Below are positions 52,738 through 64,000 of a DNA stretch of 64,000 nucleotides, piece after piece. Both the position numbers and the translations under genes were made by a program. Positions within the stretch are counted from its first letter, which is position 1; every line of letters starts with the position of its first letter. The notes under the pieces are model-generated. The model was not told the origin of the DNA and searched no databases. It saw nothing but the letters and a program-made list of their open reading frames with translations. This stretch comes from the human T2T-CHM13v2.0 reference genome, Homo sapiens, in assembly GCF_009914755.1 (NCBI RefSeq), contig NC_060927.1; one strand, 5' to 3'.

Positions 52738-53580
52738 CTGAAGGAAGAAAAAGCCTTGTGTTACTCTAGGTCTTATGATTCTGGATACTGAGGAAAGGTT
52801 TTTCCAAAGCTTGTCAGATCTCCTATAGTTCCAGAAACTTTAGTTGTTTTTAGTTTTACTTTTTCATTCCTTTTATAACGATGCGTCATTTTATCATTGA
52901 TGGTACTTTTCAGGCAAATTCATGTATACAGTCGAGTTGCTCACTCAAGGAGTGAAGATTAGCACTTGTATTGAGAAACTTATAGAACTTCCTTGCTGGG
53001 GGAAAAAAATGATTGGGGCAGAGTACTCAATGAGAAGGGATAGGAAGTTAGAGTCACATTAAGGAAGAGGCTTATAACTTAAGATTTCAGACTTCAGTAA
53101 TTCCCTAGTTGTCAAACTAGTAATAAGACAACATTACTTAAAGCACTAATAAAGAAAGAAACATACTGGGCATTTTTTTTTTTTTAAATCTAGAAACTCA
53201 GATGTGCAAAGGAAAGTAAGAATAGCCGTTATTGCCAATCAGCTTAGATAAGAAATAGATCCCAATTTGTTTTAAACTCAATGTTAATATAGAACTCGGC
53301 AAATGAAGCACAGGATGACATGATAATTTCAAATGTGCCACATGGCAGGTAAATATTTTGAGTTAAGCTCATGCCTGGCTCTCATAAAAACAGCAGGAAA
53401 CTTGTTTTTAGGAGGCTTCAGTATTCTTCAGATGATAGAAATAGTTGAATGGTCACAGGCAGTGATGTTTGCTATTTTGTAGAGGAAGACATGCCATGTT
53501 ATAGGGATGAAGACTGAATGGACTGTACAACAAGCAGCAAAAGCACTTGGCAAACAGCCAGGTAATTGTAGGGTCGTTAC

Positions 53581-53640
53581 CTAAGGTTGTTGCAGGGATC
53601 TCAGTTCTAAAAGTAACAGGCTCGAGGTCTGTAACAGGAA
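53581..53640 (-). CDS. ABI3BP: ABI3BP exon, B-type (VPVTDLEPVTFRTEIPATTL)
   Basis: attacttcag|TT CCT...TTA G|gtaacg; 60 nt. Confidence 0.88.
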   Translation of the reverse strand, partial: FLLQTSSLLLLELRSLQQP

Positions 53641-53764
53641 CTGAAGTAATAAGATAAACAAAAGAGATGGTAAAAAATGTGTGGGAGCTATAGTATTCAC
53701 ATCAAAACGTATCTTGCTTGTGTAACACTGCCTCTAGGATAATTAAACATTTCTGGGAAGGGCA

Positions 53765-54125
53765 TTAGGACTGAATTATATTTCCACCCCTCACCCCCAA
53801 CATATCAAATTCATATGTCAAAGCCCTAATCCTCATAGTGAGACCTTTAAAGAGATAATTAAGGTTAAATGAGGTCATAAAGGTAGAACTCTACTTCAAC
53901 AGGACTGATGGACTCATATGAAAGAGAGACATGAGCTGCACACACAGAGGAAAGGCCATGTGAGGATACAGTGAGAAGGTGGCCATCTGCAAGACAAGGA
54001 GAGAGGCCTCAAGAGAAACCACACTTGCAGACACATTGATCTTGGACTTCCAGCCTCCAGAGTTGTGAGAAATAGACTTCTGTTATTTAAGCCACCTAAT
54101 TTATACTGCTTTGTAATGGCAGCTC
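53765..54125 (+). mobile_element. MaLR LTR (MLT1A/B-like)
   Basis: ggccatgtgaggatacagtgagaaggtggccatctgcaag; ttggacttccagcctccagag. Confidence 0.85.
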
Positions 54126-55226
54126 TTTTTCAAATGGAAATTAATTTTTTTTGTCTAGACTTGGCTGAACTATATCAAGTACACCATCTCATGAGATGGT
54201 CATCATCTTTGGTCTCTGTTTAGCACTACATGAGGCAAACAATTCCTGTAGTTATGGTGTTTATCTGAATATAATATGGAAGACTTTAGGATGTTTTAAG
54301 GCATTTACTTAAATATGTTTCTAATAATTCTCAAGAAGCACGTGAAAAACTAATTTGCACTTTAGTGATGCTGAATAAAGAAAACATGTACTATATGTTT
54401 ATCAAATTATGGTTGCAGAAAAAGTGATGAAATATCCAAATGGTCATCACACAAATAACTAAAAATGACTGATGATCTTGCTGGGAACTCCACTTTGGAA
54501 AGAACTTTTCACTTCTGTCCAAACAAAAGCACTCAAGAGGCTGGGTAAGGGGTGGCCACTCAGTCTGTGGCATCCAGTAAATTATTGTCTACACTTAGCA
54601 GAGGGAAAACATGATCTAGTGTGGAAGAAAGACTTTTGATGCTCATGAGAACAATGTCAGACTCAATGAATGAGACATTCAAGCCCTCCGTCCACTTTCC
54701 ACGGTGTCATCCAAATGCAGAATTATCAACAAAAATGTTTTGGCTGACCCTAGAAGCAGGATCTCTGCCCTTTCTGGTCGCCTCTATTTATATCCAATTT
54801 TTTTATCTTTGTTCATTCTTACCTTCCTATTTGTGCAAATTGTGATGTGACTTCAAGACCCAAATTCTTTCCTGGCTCTGTTGAAACCCAAATTCATTTT
54901 TTACTTTAAGACCCTACAATAAGTCTAACACTTAACATTTATATTCCCAAGAAAAATCTTTAATTTGCAAAAACACCCTGGCTTATTCTCATTCTCTAGG
55001 CTTTTCGCGTGGGAAGTTTTTGTGTTCAACTAGCCTGCACACTGCGAAGTAAAACATGTCTTCTACTACAAAAAGGGAAGATCCTGCAGGTCTCTTCTAA
55101 ACTGACTCCTTGTCAACCATGAGGGGGTAACAACCCTCTGGACGCCCTCACTAAGGGGTATGTGAGTCTATTATTTCTATCAGTGACAGGCTCCTAAGCT
55201 CCATAAACCAAAGACCCTACACTTAT

Positions 55227-55310
55227 CTGGTATAGTCTCAAGAGTAGCCAGACAAGGAGTGGTATTAAGTTTGTGCTGTGCATGATATGTTCAATGGAAG
55301 GTTTTTGGAG
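55227..55310 (-). pseudogene. Dead A-type ABI3BP exon copy (APKTFH*TYHAQHKLNTTPCLATLETIP)
   Basis: 84 nt at the expected array position; acceptor AG>AC, donor GT>AT, in-frame TGA. Confidence 0.88.
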
Positions 55311-56188
55311 GTAGAAAAAGATAACCTTTAGTTATTTTAAATCTTATGCTTCTGCACATCATAGACTTAAAAAAAATCTTTAGCTTTTCCAAAGCTTGGT
55401 AGATTTTCCTGAACTTCAGAAAATATATCTTTCTAATGCAAAAATTTTGCTCCTACTATACTTTATCTTCTTCTGTTATTTAAGATACTTCAATAACAAA
55501 TTTGCAAAGATGCAAATTTGACAGATTAAATAAATTTATTAATTCAGATACTTAGGATTAATATGTTTATCACATTCTGTAGAGTGCCCCGCCTGGATTA
55601 AAAAGGTTATAAATCATCCAGATTATGATGGAGACTAGGGGGAATGCAATTTATACTAAGGATACAGTTTATTATTTAAATCTACTAGCCTTGATCACAT
55701 TATCTGTTGATTAATTCACTAAAAATATTACTCATACATTAACAAAATAACAAAAATAACAGGCAGATTAAAAAGGTAGATGTTTGGGAATGGCTGCAAG
55801 TGGGATAAAAAAACAAACAAAAATATAAACCCCCAAAAAAGGAAAAAAATAAAAAGGGAGGTGTATAAGGGATATATTAAGAAACTTCTGTGTTACAGCC
55901 TGGTTAGCGTAGATCAGGTCAGAACTTCGCGAGAATATGTCAAATCTCCCTTAATAGAGAACTCTGGTTAAGCCAAAAACAAAATGATATGATAAACATT
56001 TTAAGTTACAGACCAGGAAAGATCCCAAACTAGATTCAGATGTAGCTCTCTTATGAGCAAGAGGCAACTTGTTTTATGCATGTTCAACCGTTACAAAACC
56101 AAAAATGTAATTGAATGGCAATATACAGTGGAATAAGCTTGACAGTGAGCAGAAAAAGCACTTGCTGAAGATCAAAAAGTGGCATTAC

Positions 56189-56248
56189 CGAATGTTGTCC
56201 CTGGAGCCTCTTTTATAGGAGAAACTGGTTCAAAGATTGTAGCAGGAA
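56189..56248 (-). CDS. ABI3BP: ABI3BP exon, B-type (VPATIFEPVSPIKEAPGTTF)
   Basis: ttttggccag|TT CCT...TTC G|gtaatg; 60 nt. Confidence 0.88.
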
Positions 56249-57376
56249 CTGGCCAAAAATAATAAAAATAAAACACCAACAAAACATTAAAAATTTATAA
56301 AAACTCAGAACATTCAAAAAGAATTTTACGAGGTCATGACATATCTGTCCAGAGCACGAAGCAAACACAATTAGCCTCCTGAGCTGGGAGAAAATGACAC
56401 CTCTGTCCTTGGGTACCAATTCATCTCTTAGGAAGAATGGCCATTTACTTTGTAGTCAGATAATTCAGATAACGGTCCATGTGAAGTGTCCCAGGAGTTT
56501 TTCTCATTCTTTGGTGATCTGAACCTAACTAATAGAGCATAGTAGATGATACACATTTTGCTGAAAACTCATCTTTGGAACAAGACCATGAGCTTTGTCC
56601 AACGTGAGTACCAAAGAGGACAAGAAGAGGGCCAGCCCCTCAGTCTGTGGTATACAGCTGGGCAACACCCAGAGAAAGCCTGACTGCACAGGGATGCAGA
56701 TGATTCCTACCTAAAATCCAAACTCCTCAGGCCAGCATTCAAGACCCCTTCTCACTTAGCTGCAGACACCTCAACGAAATGTTCTGATCAACACCTAGAA
56801 GCCTGACAGCCTCCAGTGGTCAGAGAAACTGCCTCCTCAGGCTGGTTTCCATACATTCCCTGCCTTTCTGAATTTCTCTATTACTCTTCCCCTGATTTTC
56901 CCCTGAGAATGATTTTTCTGTTTTTAAGTGGTTGTTAAAAAAAAAAAAAGAAGAAGAAGAAGAAGAAAATACTACAGGGACTATATGGCCCAGAAAACCT
57001 AGAAAATTTACTATCTGGCTCTGTCTAGAAAATGTTTGCCAACTCCTGCCTTAGATCCTTATTTGTGACTTACGTGACTCCTATAGTTAACAAGAAATAA
57101 TCTCCCACTTGCATGAACATATGTTCCTTCTCTGGCTGTTTCACTTTATCATATATTCAACATTGAAAGGATGAAGAGAATTGAATGAGAAGTAAATTAA
57201 ATAGATGCTGAGAGAGAAGCATAAGGAATTTGGCTACCACGTCATCTCCCCAGCCCTGTTCCTCATTGCCTAGTCTGATGTGGAATCAGCTGCTGACCAT
57301 GCCCAGCTACTTCATTCTCTTTGGGTCCCACTGGGGTGGGCTGTTAGGATTCCTCAAGCATGACCTACAAATTTAC

Positions 57377-57460
57377 CCAGTTCAGTCTGAAGCTCTTCGG
57401 GACTCAGTGTGGTTTTAGGTTTGGGATGTGGACGATGAGTTCGTTGAGGCACTTTGGGAG
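57377..57460 (-). CDS. ABI3BP: ABI3BP exon, A-type (APKVPQRTHRPHPKPKTTLSPEELQTEL)
   Basis: cttcctttag|CT CCC...CTG G|gtaaat; 84 nt. Confidence 0.88.
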
Positions 57461-57878
57461 CTAAAGGAAGAAAACTTCAGGTTAATACAGCGTGTTTGGT
57501 TCCGGAAGCTGTGGATAAGATTATACTTGTTATAATTTCTTGACTTCCAAGAAATGTTTCTTTTGGGTTTGAAATATTTGCCCCTATTTCAATACAGTGT
57601 CTCTTTTTATCATGTAGCTTTTTCTGAAGAATAAAAATCACATAGAAATATGAGTTTATTGATGATATTTCAAGGAGCTTCTCACAGGGATTCCTGAATG
57701 AAGAACAAGTTCTAAAATCTTGCTGAGTTATGGCGGTGATGGGGGTAAGTATAGGGTGATTTTATATTTGTGATGGTACTTACAATTTAAATTTACCAAC
57801 CTTGGGCATATTTTACTCTTTACTTGGGAAAATTTTACTCTTTACTGAAACAAGAACACACCCTTACCCCAAATGGCT

Positions 57879-57894
57879 ATATACATATACATAC

Positions 57895-57962
<68 letters not shown>
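57879..57962 (+). repeat. Compound (TACA)n(TA)n microsatellite
   Basis: Direct reading. Confidence 0.95.
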
Positions 57963-57968
<6 letters not shown>

Positions 57969-58375
57969 CAGATAGTAAAAATGTAGAAATTAAGATCTGC
58001 AAGAGAACTATGTCACACCGTAATAGCTGTGCCGATTTACTCAGTCTAGATCAGGGACAAACACCTTCACCTCCACCCTCCAGTGATTATATTTGAAACT
58101 TAGTAACAAAGAATGTGGTTAAAATGTTATGTGGGGGCAAGATGTGGGTAATTCAAAGTCATTACATTGCAATATATAAACCGACCCTAAGTTCACGCTT
58201 GGCTCTTTTACCAACAAGAAATTGTTTTAATACTCTTATACATATTAAGAAGTAATGAATAATAGAGGATAACACAGAAGCCTTGTGAAGCGGGAGAAGC
58301 TGTGGTTATGATGGTGATGAATGGGTTTGAAATGAGCAGGAGAGGCAGATGTTGATGGACATAATGTGCCATTAC

Positions 58376-58432
58376 CTGCTGTTGTCCCTGAAGCCTCAGT
58401 TCTAAGAACTGGTTCGAGGATTGTGGCAGGAA
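58376..58432 (-). CDS. ABI3BP: ABI3BP exon, B-type (VPATILEPVLRTEASGTTA)
   Basis: ttttgatcag|TT CCT...GCA G|gtaatg; 57 nt. Confidence 0.88.
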
Positions 58433-58867
58433 CTGATCAAAAGTAATAAAAGAAACCAAAGAGATTTTGTGAATGCATGAAATGTTGGAACATTCATCTT
58501 ACCACCAAAAATCGGATTTCTAAGGCTGCAAAATTAATTCTTAATATCATAACTCAAAAGAAAGTGGCTGTATTTTTTTCCTTTGAATATTTCTCCAAAC
58601 TTTAATCAGGTACTCGTTTGACTCAGAAGACAGTCAGCAATAGCCTTTGGACTTCGCTGAGCATCTCACTGAGGTCAATAGTAAGATCTTCTTGTTGGTT
58701 AACCATGATTCGAATGAACACTAGAAAATCTGGCTAGTCATTTTCTTAGAAAAAGATATGGTAAAGACTAGAACTTCTGTGGAAGCCAAAAAACCAAAGA
58801 GCACTCATTATAAGCAGTAATCAATAATGATAGATAGAATAAACATTTACATTTGAAAGCAAACACA

Positions 58868-59200
58868 GTGTAGCAGAGAGCCCCTATGGTGATCCCCAGT
58901 GGTTTCTGCCTCTGGTGTTAACACCTTTGAGTCATCTCTTCCCCTTGAGTGTGTGCTGGATCTCTGACATCTTTTTAACCAATAAAATGAGGCAAAGGTG
59001 ATGGGTGTCACTCTGTTGAATAGGTGCATGTGCTGGGGGTGTGTCTGCCATGCTAGCACAAGGGAGAGAGAGACAGGGAGGGAAAGAGAGAGGATGAGGA
59101 GGAGAGGATGGATTATATAAAGGTGTTAACTCCAGGAGCAGGGAATCACTGGGAGGTTGCCCTAGAGTTTGTGCACCACACATATTAACAGCCAAAAGGA
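58868..59200 (+). mobile_element. MLT1-type LTR fragment
   Basis: ccccttgagtgtgtgctgga...aaccaataaaatgaggcaaaggtgatggg. Confidence 0.65.
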
Positions 59201-60061
59201 AGCTGAGACTACACTCATTAAGAGACTAAGTCTTTAGTAAATACAGCTTTACTTAACATAAGTAGCTGAAGAACCAACTCTCAGTTTTTGGTATCATTGG
59301 GCTGGGTATCTTCAGTTCTAAGAACAGAAAAAGCATGATCCTGTGCAGAAGTAGGGATCATTGAAGCCCCCTAGATCAAATTTAAGCTCTTGAGTAGACA
59401 TCCCAGCCCCCTTTAATTCATCACTGAACAGGAGGGTATCAACGAGTTATCCTCTGTCTGGTGAGCCAACTTCAACACATTCCCTGCTTATCAGCCTCTG
59501 TTCCCTCATCCCTCTACTCATCCAGTTTCTATGCTGGTTTCTAATTATCCTGGACATTTTCCTCCTCTAAATATTTGCCATGCTTCTAGGAGGTGGCATT
59601 TATGCAATGCAATAAATTATATTTGCATAAACATGCTGCCTCATATTCGTTTCTAACTGGTTATGCAGGAACAGCTTTTGTTTACAACTACAGTGTAAAC
59701 TGATTGGGAAAGAAAACATTCTTCCCACTTCTGATGTATGGACTAATATGGCTTTGGGGAATTAGAAGGGACTTAATAAAAGTAGTTGATTTAAATGATT
59801 GTGCTGGCTCAATACTGAGCAGCTTTGTCTTTAAGACAGGAATGAAATAAAAGAGCAAGAAGAGTAAATAATCATCAGCAGAGAAGATCCCTATAAAGGA
59901 AGCAAGAGATGCTAAGCTATTCATGTTCTCCTCACTAACCAGTAGCTTTTACTCTTAAGAGATATATAGGGCACAACACAATAGATTATATGTACATAGA
60001 ACTTACAGTCCCAACCGTGGTAGACTGCTTGGATTCTACAAAACAGAAACTACATATTTAC

Positions 60062-60148
60062 CCAGTTTAGTTTGAGGTACTTCTGGATGGGGCGTGGTTT
60101 TAGGTTTGGGATGTGGACGACGGGTTCTTTTTGTTGTTGTTGTTGGAG
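60062..60148 (-). CDS. ABI3BP: ABI3BP exon, A-type (APTTTTKRTRRPHPKPKTTPHPEVPQTKL)
   Basis: ttcttccttcag|CT CCA...CTG G|gtaaat; 87 nt. Confidence 0.92.
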
Positions 60149-60922
60149 CTGAAGGAAGAAAATTTAGGATTAATATGGTGCTGATGGCTCCATTCACTGT
60201 GAATAGGATGACATAGCTCTAAGTTTTAAAATACTTGTTAGAGTTTGAGTTGACAGAACTTTGTCATTTTCGTTTGAAATTTTCTCCTTCAGTATCTTAA
60301 TAGGTTTTCTTTGATAACTGAAAGTTCTCCAGAGACAAATATTGTACATACAATTACATTTAAGAAACAAACATTAGAAACTATCATTATTTTCTTGAAA
60401 GTGTCCCTAACCCAAATCACTGCTTAACTCTGATGGTGTGAGAGAGGTTCTAACCAACCCTACACTATTCACTTATAATTTAAGATAACTAGGCTTGGGC
60501 AAATTTTCCACTTGGTAACTTACTAGACTAAGTATATAAAATTCACAGAAACATCAATAAAGCAAAAAAAATTACATACAATTTGAAAAACAGAAAGGTG
60601 CATAAAGAAACTTCATGATATCATTTGATACTACGTTGGTGCTCTAAATAAGGAATATATGGGGAATTGTAGTTGGATCTTGGCTCTAAGAGTATTGTTC
60701 AGAGACTCAGACATGACACAGTTTCAAGCTGGGCTATGGAGCAGATAGCTGTCTTGAATTAAGTCATTGCATATTTCTTTAAAAAGCAAGCTTTCCATAT
60801 TTTGAGATGAATACTGTAATGAGATGACAACAAAAGATGGTACAATAGCCTATATAGCACCATAGCAAAATCTGACAATGAGTAAGAAAAAGGACTTGCT
60901 GAAGGACATAGAGAGTCATTAC

Positions 60923-60955
60923 CTGAAGATGTCCCAGGAGTAATAGGTCCAAAGT
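60923..60955 (-). CDS. ABI3BP: ABI3BP exon, truncated B-type (DFGPITPGTSS)
   Basis: ttcttgctacag|AC TTT...TCA G|gtaatg; 33 nt; the ancestral acceptor 12 nt upstream now reads AT. Confidence 0.8.
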
Positions 60956-61789
60956 CTGTAGCAAGAAATGATCAAAAGCAATTTTAAAAAGAAATAAATG
61001 TTAAACACACGAGAAAAGCCATCATTCTCTTGAAAAGTGAACTTTACCATTATAGCGTTGGTTCTATAGCCACAAAGCAAACATTTTGAAGTTCTCAAGT
61101 GAGGGTACATATTTATTTGCTTTTATGAAACAGATATAACCTTAGCATCTGTAACATGGTTAACTACCAGTTTTTCTTATTTTTATATTATCTGATGATA
61201 TAGTAGAAAACACTGCTTAGAAAAATCTTAGGACATCTAATAATGTTATGTTTAAAAATTAGGAAAAACTAATGTGAAAGTGTAGTTACACTATAAACTG
61301 GAAAACAAAGCCCTAGTTCATGATAGATGCAATTACTGATATGTTTAAGCAGATACACTGATGAATGACTAAAACAGATAATGCTGTTCTTTGTTGAGAG
61401 TGCACTTTGGAAAAAGACCAAGACCTCTGTTCAAATAAAGGCATACAAAGAACCAGATATAGAGGGTCATTCAATCCATCAAACTTGTTAGTGCATCTCT
61501 TTGTTATCAGGAGAGAAAAGGCCTGACCTCTAGGTTAGGAGAGCGTGCTGGAGCCAATTGGCTCAAATCCAATCATCGAAGTCAGGCATTCGAAGTGCTC
61601 TTTGTAGACCCATCAAAAGCAGCATTACTGTCCAACTAAAAGAACTTTGCCTTTCTTACAATCAGGTTGCACTTGCAATTCCTATCCTTCCAATGTCACC
61701 CTCACACGACACCTTCCTGCCTCTGTTTATATGATTCCTACCCATCCACCAATAAATCTACAGGCTCTACAAATTTCAAGGTCCACAAG

Positions 61790-61970
61790 ATGAGCTCTTG
61801 CTCCGTTGCCTGGGCTACAGTGCAAGGGTGCAATTGTAGCTCACTGCAGTCTCGACTTCCTGGGCTCAAGCGATCCTCCCACCTCATTCACCCAAGTAGT
61901 TAGGACTACAGGTGCACATCACCATATCTGGCTAGTTTTTCTTAAATTTTTTGTAGAAATGGAGTTCTCC
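61790..61970 (-). mobile_element. Diverged Alu monomer (AluJ/FRAM-like)
   Basis: gctcactgcagtctcgacttcctgggctcaagcgatcctccc. Confidence 0.85.
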
Positions 61971-62481
61971 CTAAAGGTTCACATTACACTTATCAGCCCA
62001 CAGATGTTTTGCTTCTCTAAGAATTAACGATGTGCCTAACAGTTGGTAAAATTTAATAAATATTTGCTTTTCCTCACATTCCTGTATATCTATTATGAAG
62101 AGTCTCACACAGGTAAGTCATTTGTTTTTTTCTAAAATATTCCTCACAGATACAAACGTTCAAAATGTGTGACAGGTTGAACTAAATATGCTAACTAGAC
62201 ACCTAATCAGGTCAGTTTTTGCTGAGCTGAGGAATCAAAGAGAAAAATGTAATTGAATGTCAGAGAAGCAAGTAAAATTCCCAGGCACCAAGGAGGTCCT
62301 CACGCAATCAGAATGAGGAAGTCACAGGTATCGCCAGAGCACTGTGTTGGTAGCAGCTGCTTTCCATGACTTGGGCCTTCACCCCAAGGGTCAAGTGGGT
62401 TATAAAGTGGCATGTTAAACTGCCACCCCCATGCCACATCCAATGGGATGCCACAGGGACAAGGAACCACATATTATTTAC

Positions 62482-62571
62482 CTAGTTTGGTCTGCAGTGT
62501 CTCTGGGCGTGGCGTGGTTTTATGTTTGGGACGTGGACGACGTGTTCTTGTTCGTTGCGATGTTTTTGGAG
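62482..62571 (-). CDS. ABI3BP: ABI3BP exon, A-type repeat (APKTSQRTRTRRPRPKHKTTPRPETLQTKL)
   Basis: tttctttag|CT CCA...CTA G|gtaaat; 90 nt, phase 1-1. Confidence 0.92.
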   Translation of the reverse strand, partial: LQKHRNEQEHVVHVPNIKPRHAQRHCRPN

Positions 62572-63398
62572 CTAAAGAAAGGAAACTGGTTATTGTAGTC
62601 ATATGACTCCAGAAACCAAAGAAAGGATTACACATGGTTCTAGGTTTTCTAAAGTTTTCCTAAGTCTTGAGAAATTTGTCTCTTTGGTTTAGAATTTTCT
62701 TCTGATCATCTATATGCAAAAATATGTATTTTTGGTCTACTGACAGGTCTTTTGAGACAGATGGAATATATGTAATTTAAAAAAATAAACTGCAACTTTA
62801 TTATTAGTTGCTGGTATAGGATTTTCAAAGAGGGCCCAGACCCAAGGGAAGTCAGACATAGGCACGTAGACATCACATCAGAGAGGGACCCAGGCCTGCC
62901 TGCTTTTGGGAGAGCGTACTAAGAAATTACTTGGCTCAGACACACATTCCATTACAAGTTATTAGTATAAACACATTTTGTTTTCTAAAATAGTTGGTAG
63001 ACAATAAAAATTCTCTGTATATCTTAAAACAACAGAAAGTAAGATGCCCACAGAATTATAATTGATATTTATCAGGCAGACATTCCTAATTGTATTTGAA
63101 ATTCAGTTTTAACATAGAACACTACTGGAGCAGAATCACAGGCTCTGTCAAGCATTAATAAAGCTGGATAATATGGGAAAAATGGGACACAGATGCTGTT
63201 CACTAGTGGCGTATGGGCTTATAACCAAGTAACTTGTTTTAAGCACTTTCAATACATTCAAAATGAAGAATATAGTTCAATGACAAGAGGATGATGAGAA
63301 AATCTTATGAAAGAAAAAACCCTTAGCCCAAATAGTGATGGAATAGACTAGACAATGAGCAGAAAAAACTCATACTTAAAGACATAAGAGGTCATTAC

Positions 63399-63458
63399 CT
63401 AATGTTGTCACTGTAGCCTCAGTTCTCACAGTTACAGGCTCAATGTCTGTGGTGGGAA
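63399..63458 (-). CDS. ABI3BP: ABI3BP exon, B-type repeat (VPTTDIEPVTVRTEATVTTL)
   Basis: ttttggttag|TT CCC...TTA G|gtaatg; 60 nt, open, phase 1-1. Confidence 0.9.
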
Positions 63459-64000
63459 CTAACCAAAAGCAATACAATAAACAATGGAGATTAAGAAATA
63501 CAGAAAAACAAAGTTATTTTGAAAATGAATCTTCTTAACCCTTTAATGTTTTAAATACATTTCTGAACTCTGGGAAAATAGTATTTGTTTTCCCCTAAGT
63601 AGCCAAACTATCATATCCATTTATTTCACAAAATACCCATACCCTTTGCATCCCTATAAGGGCAATGAAAAATATTTTTCTGTATTTCATTATCTGATTC
63701 CAACAACATAAAAAACCTGGATCCAAGAAAATCTTAGTTGTCCAATATATAATTTTAAAGTACTCTAAAAATTTGTTATAAAAGCTTCTGTTGGTATTTA
63801 AAAAGTTTTCACCACCATTATTAATTTGTTTTGAGAGTGGTAGTTGTGAGGAGAATTAGAAAGATGTTTTCAGTCTATTTACTGGAGATTTGTGAGAGTT
63901 GTGCAAAAGTCTTGTACGTTTTATTTGTAATAAATGTGATATTGCTTCTTACTCTGCCTCCTTATTCATTTATTTCAAATTGCTAATTAGGAGATAATTA

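Noticed and set aside
55225-55312. AC and AT dinucleotides flanking the dead exon suggest U12 AT-AC splicing
   Set aside because: The donor is ATAAGT rather than ATATCC, the partner sites are GT/AG U2-type, and the exon has a stop
59279-59317. 39-nt in-frame candidate (ELKIPSPMIPKTE)
   Set aside because: The donor GA|GTTGGT is very weak and the position does not fit the unit pattern

Overview
Primate (almost certainly human) genomic DNA, rich in Alu, L1, L2, MIR, MaLR and MER elements. The minus strand carries the middle-to-3' part of ABI3BP (TARSH/NESH-BP). I recognised it from translated exons that match the protein as I remember it (e.g. APLETRGIPFIPMISPSPSQEELQTTL, GVKQAPRPSGADRNVSVDSTHPTKKPG, GTRRPPLPPRPTHPRRKPLPPNNVTGKPGSAG). 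I can delimit 33 AG/GT-bounded exons totalling 2331 nt (777 codons). Every one is phase 1-1 and a multiple of 3 nt. Most belong to an ancient tandem array (about 2.2-2.7 kb period) of alternating basic 'A' exons (APKTSQRTRRPRPKPKTTPSPEVPQTKL-like) and acidic 'B' exons (VPATxLEPVTLRTEAxxTTL-like). The array also contains a dead exon, exons rescued by acceptor sliding, candidate poison exons and microexons, and duplicated RBFOX motifs. The most unexpected signal is on the PLUS strand at about 2.4-13.2 kb. It is a decayed, intron-containing myosin-family gene interleaved antisense with the ABI3BP exons. Its motifs occur in myosin order: QTV..(R)ESL..L, HFL(R)C-IRPN, LGGL..A..RR.QGF, GETR..KA..LG.LDSER, ILSKII..LQSR, then IQ-like exons. 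All coordinates were counted by hand, and repeat boundaries and subfamilies are approximate.
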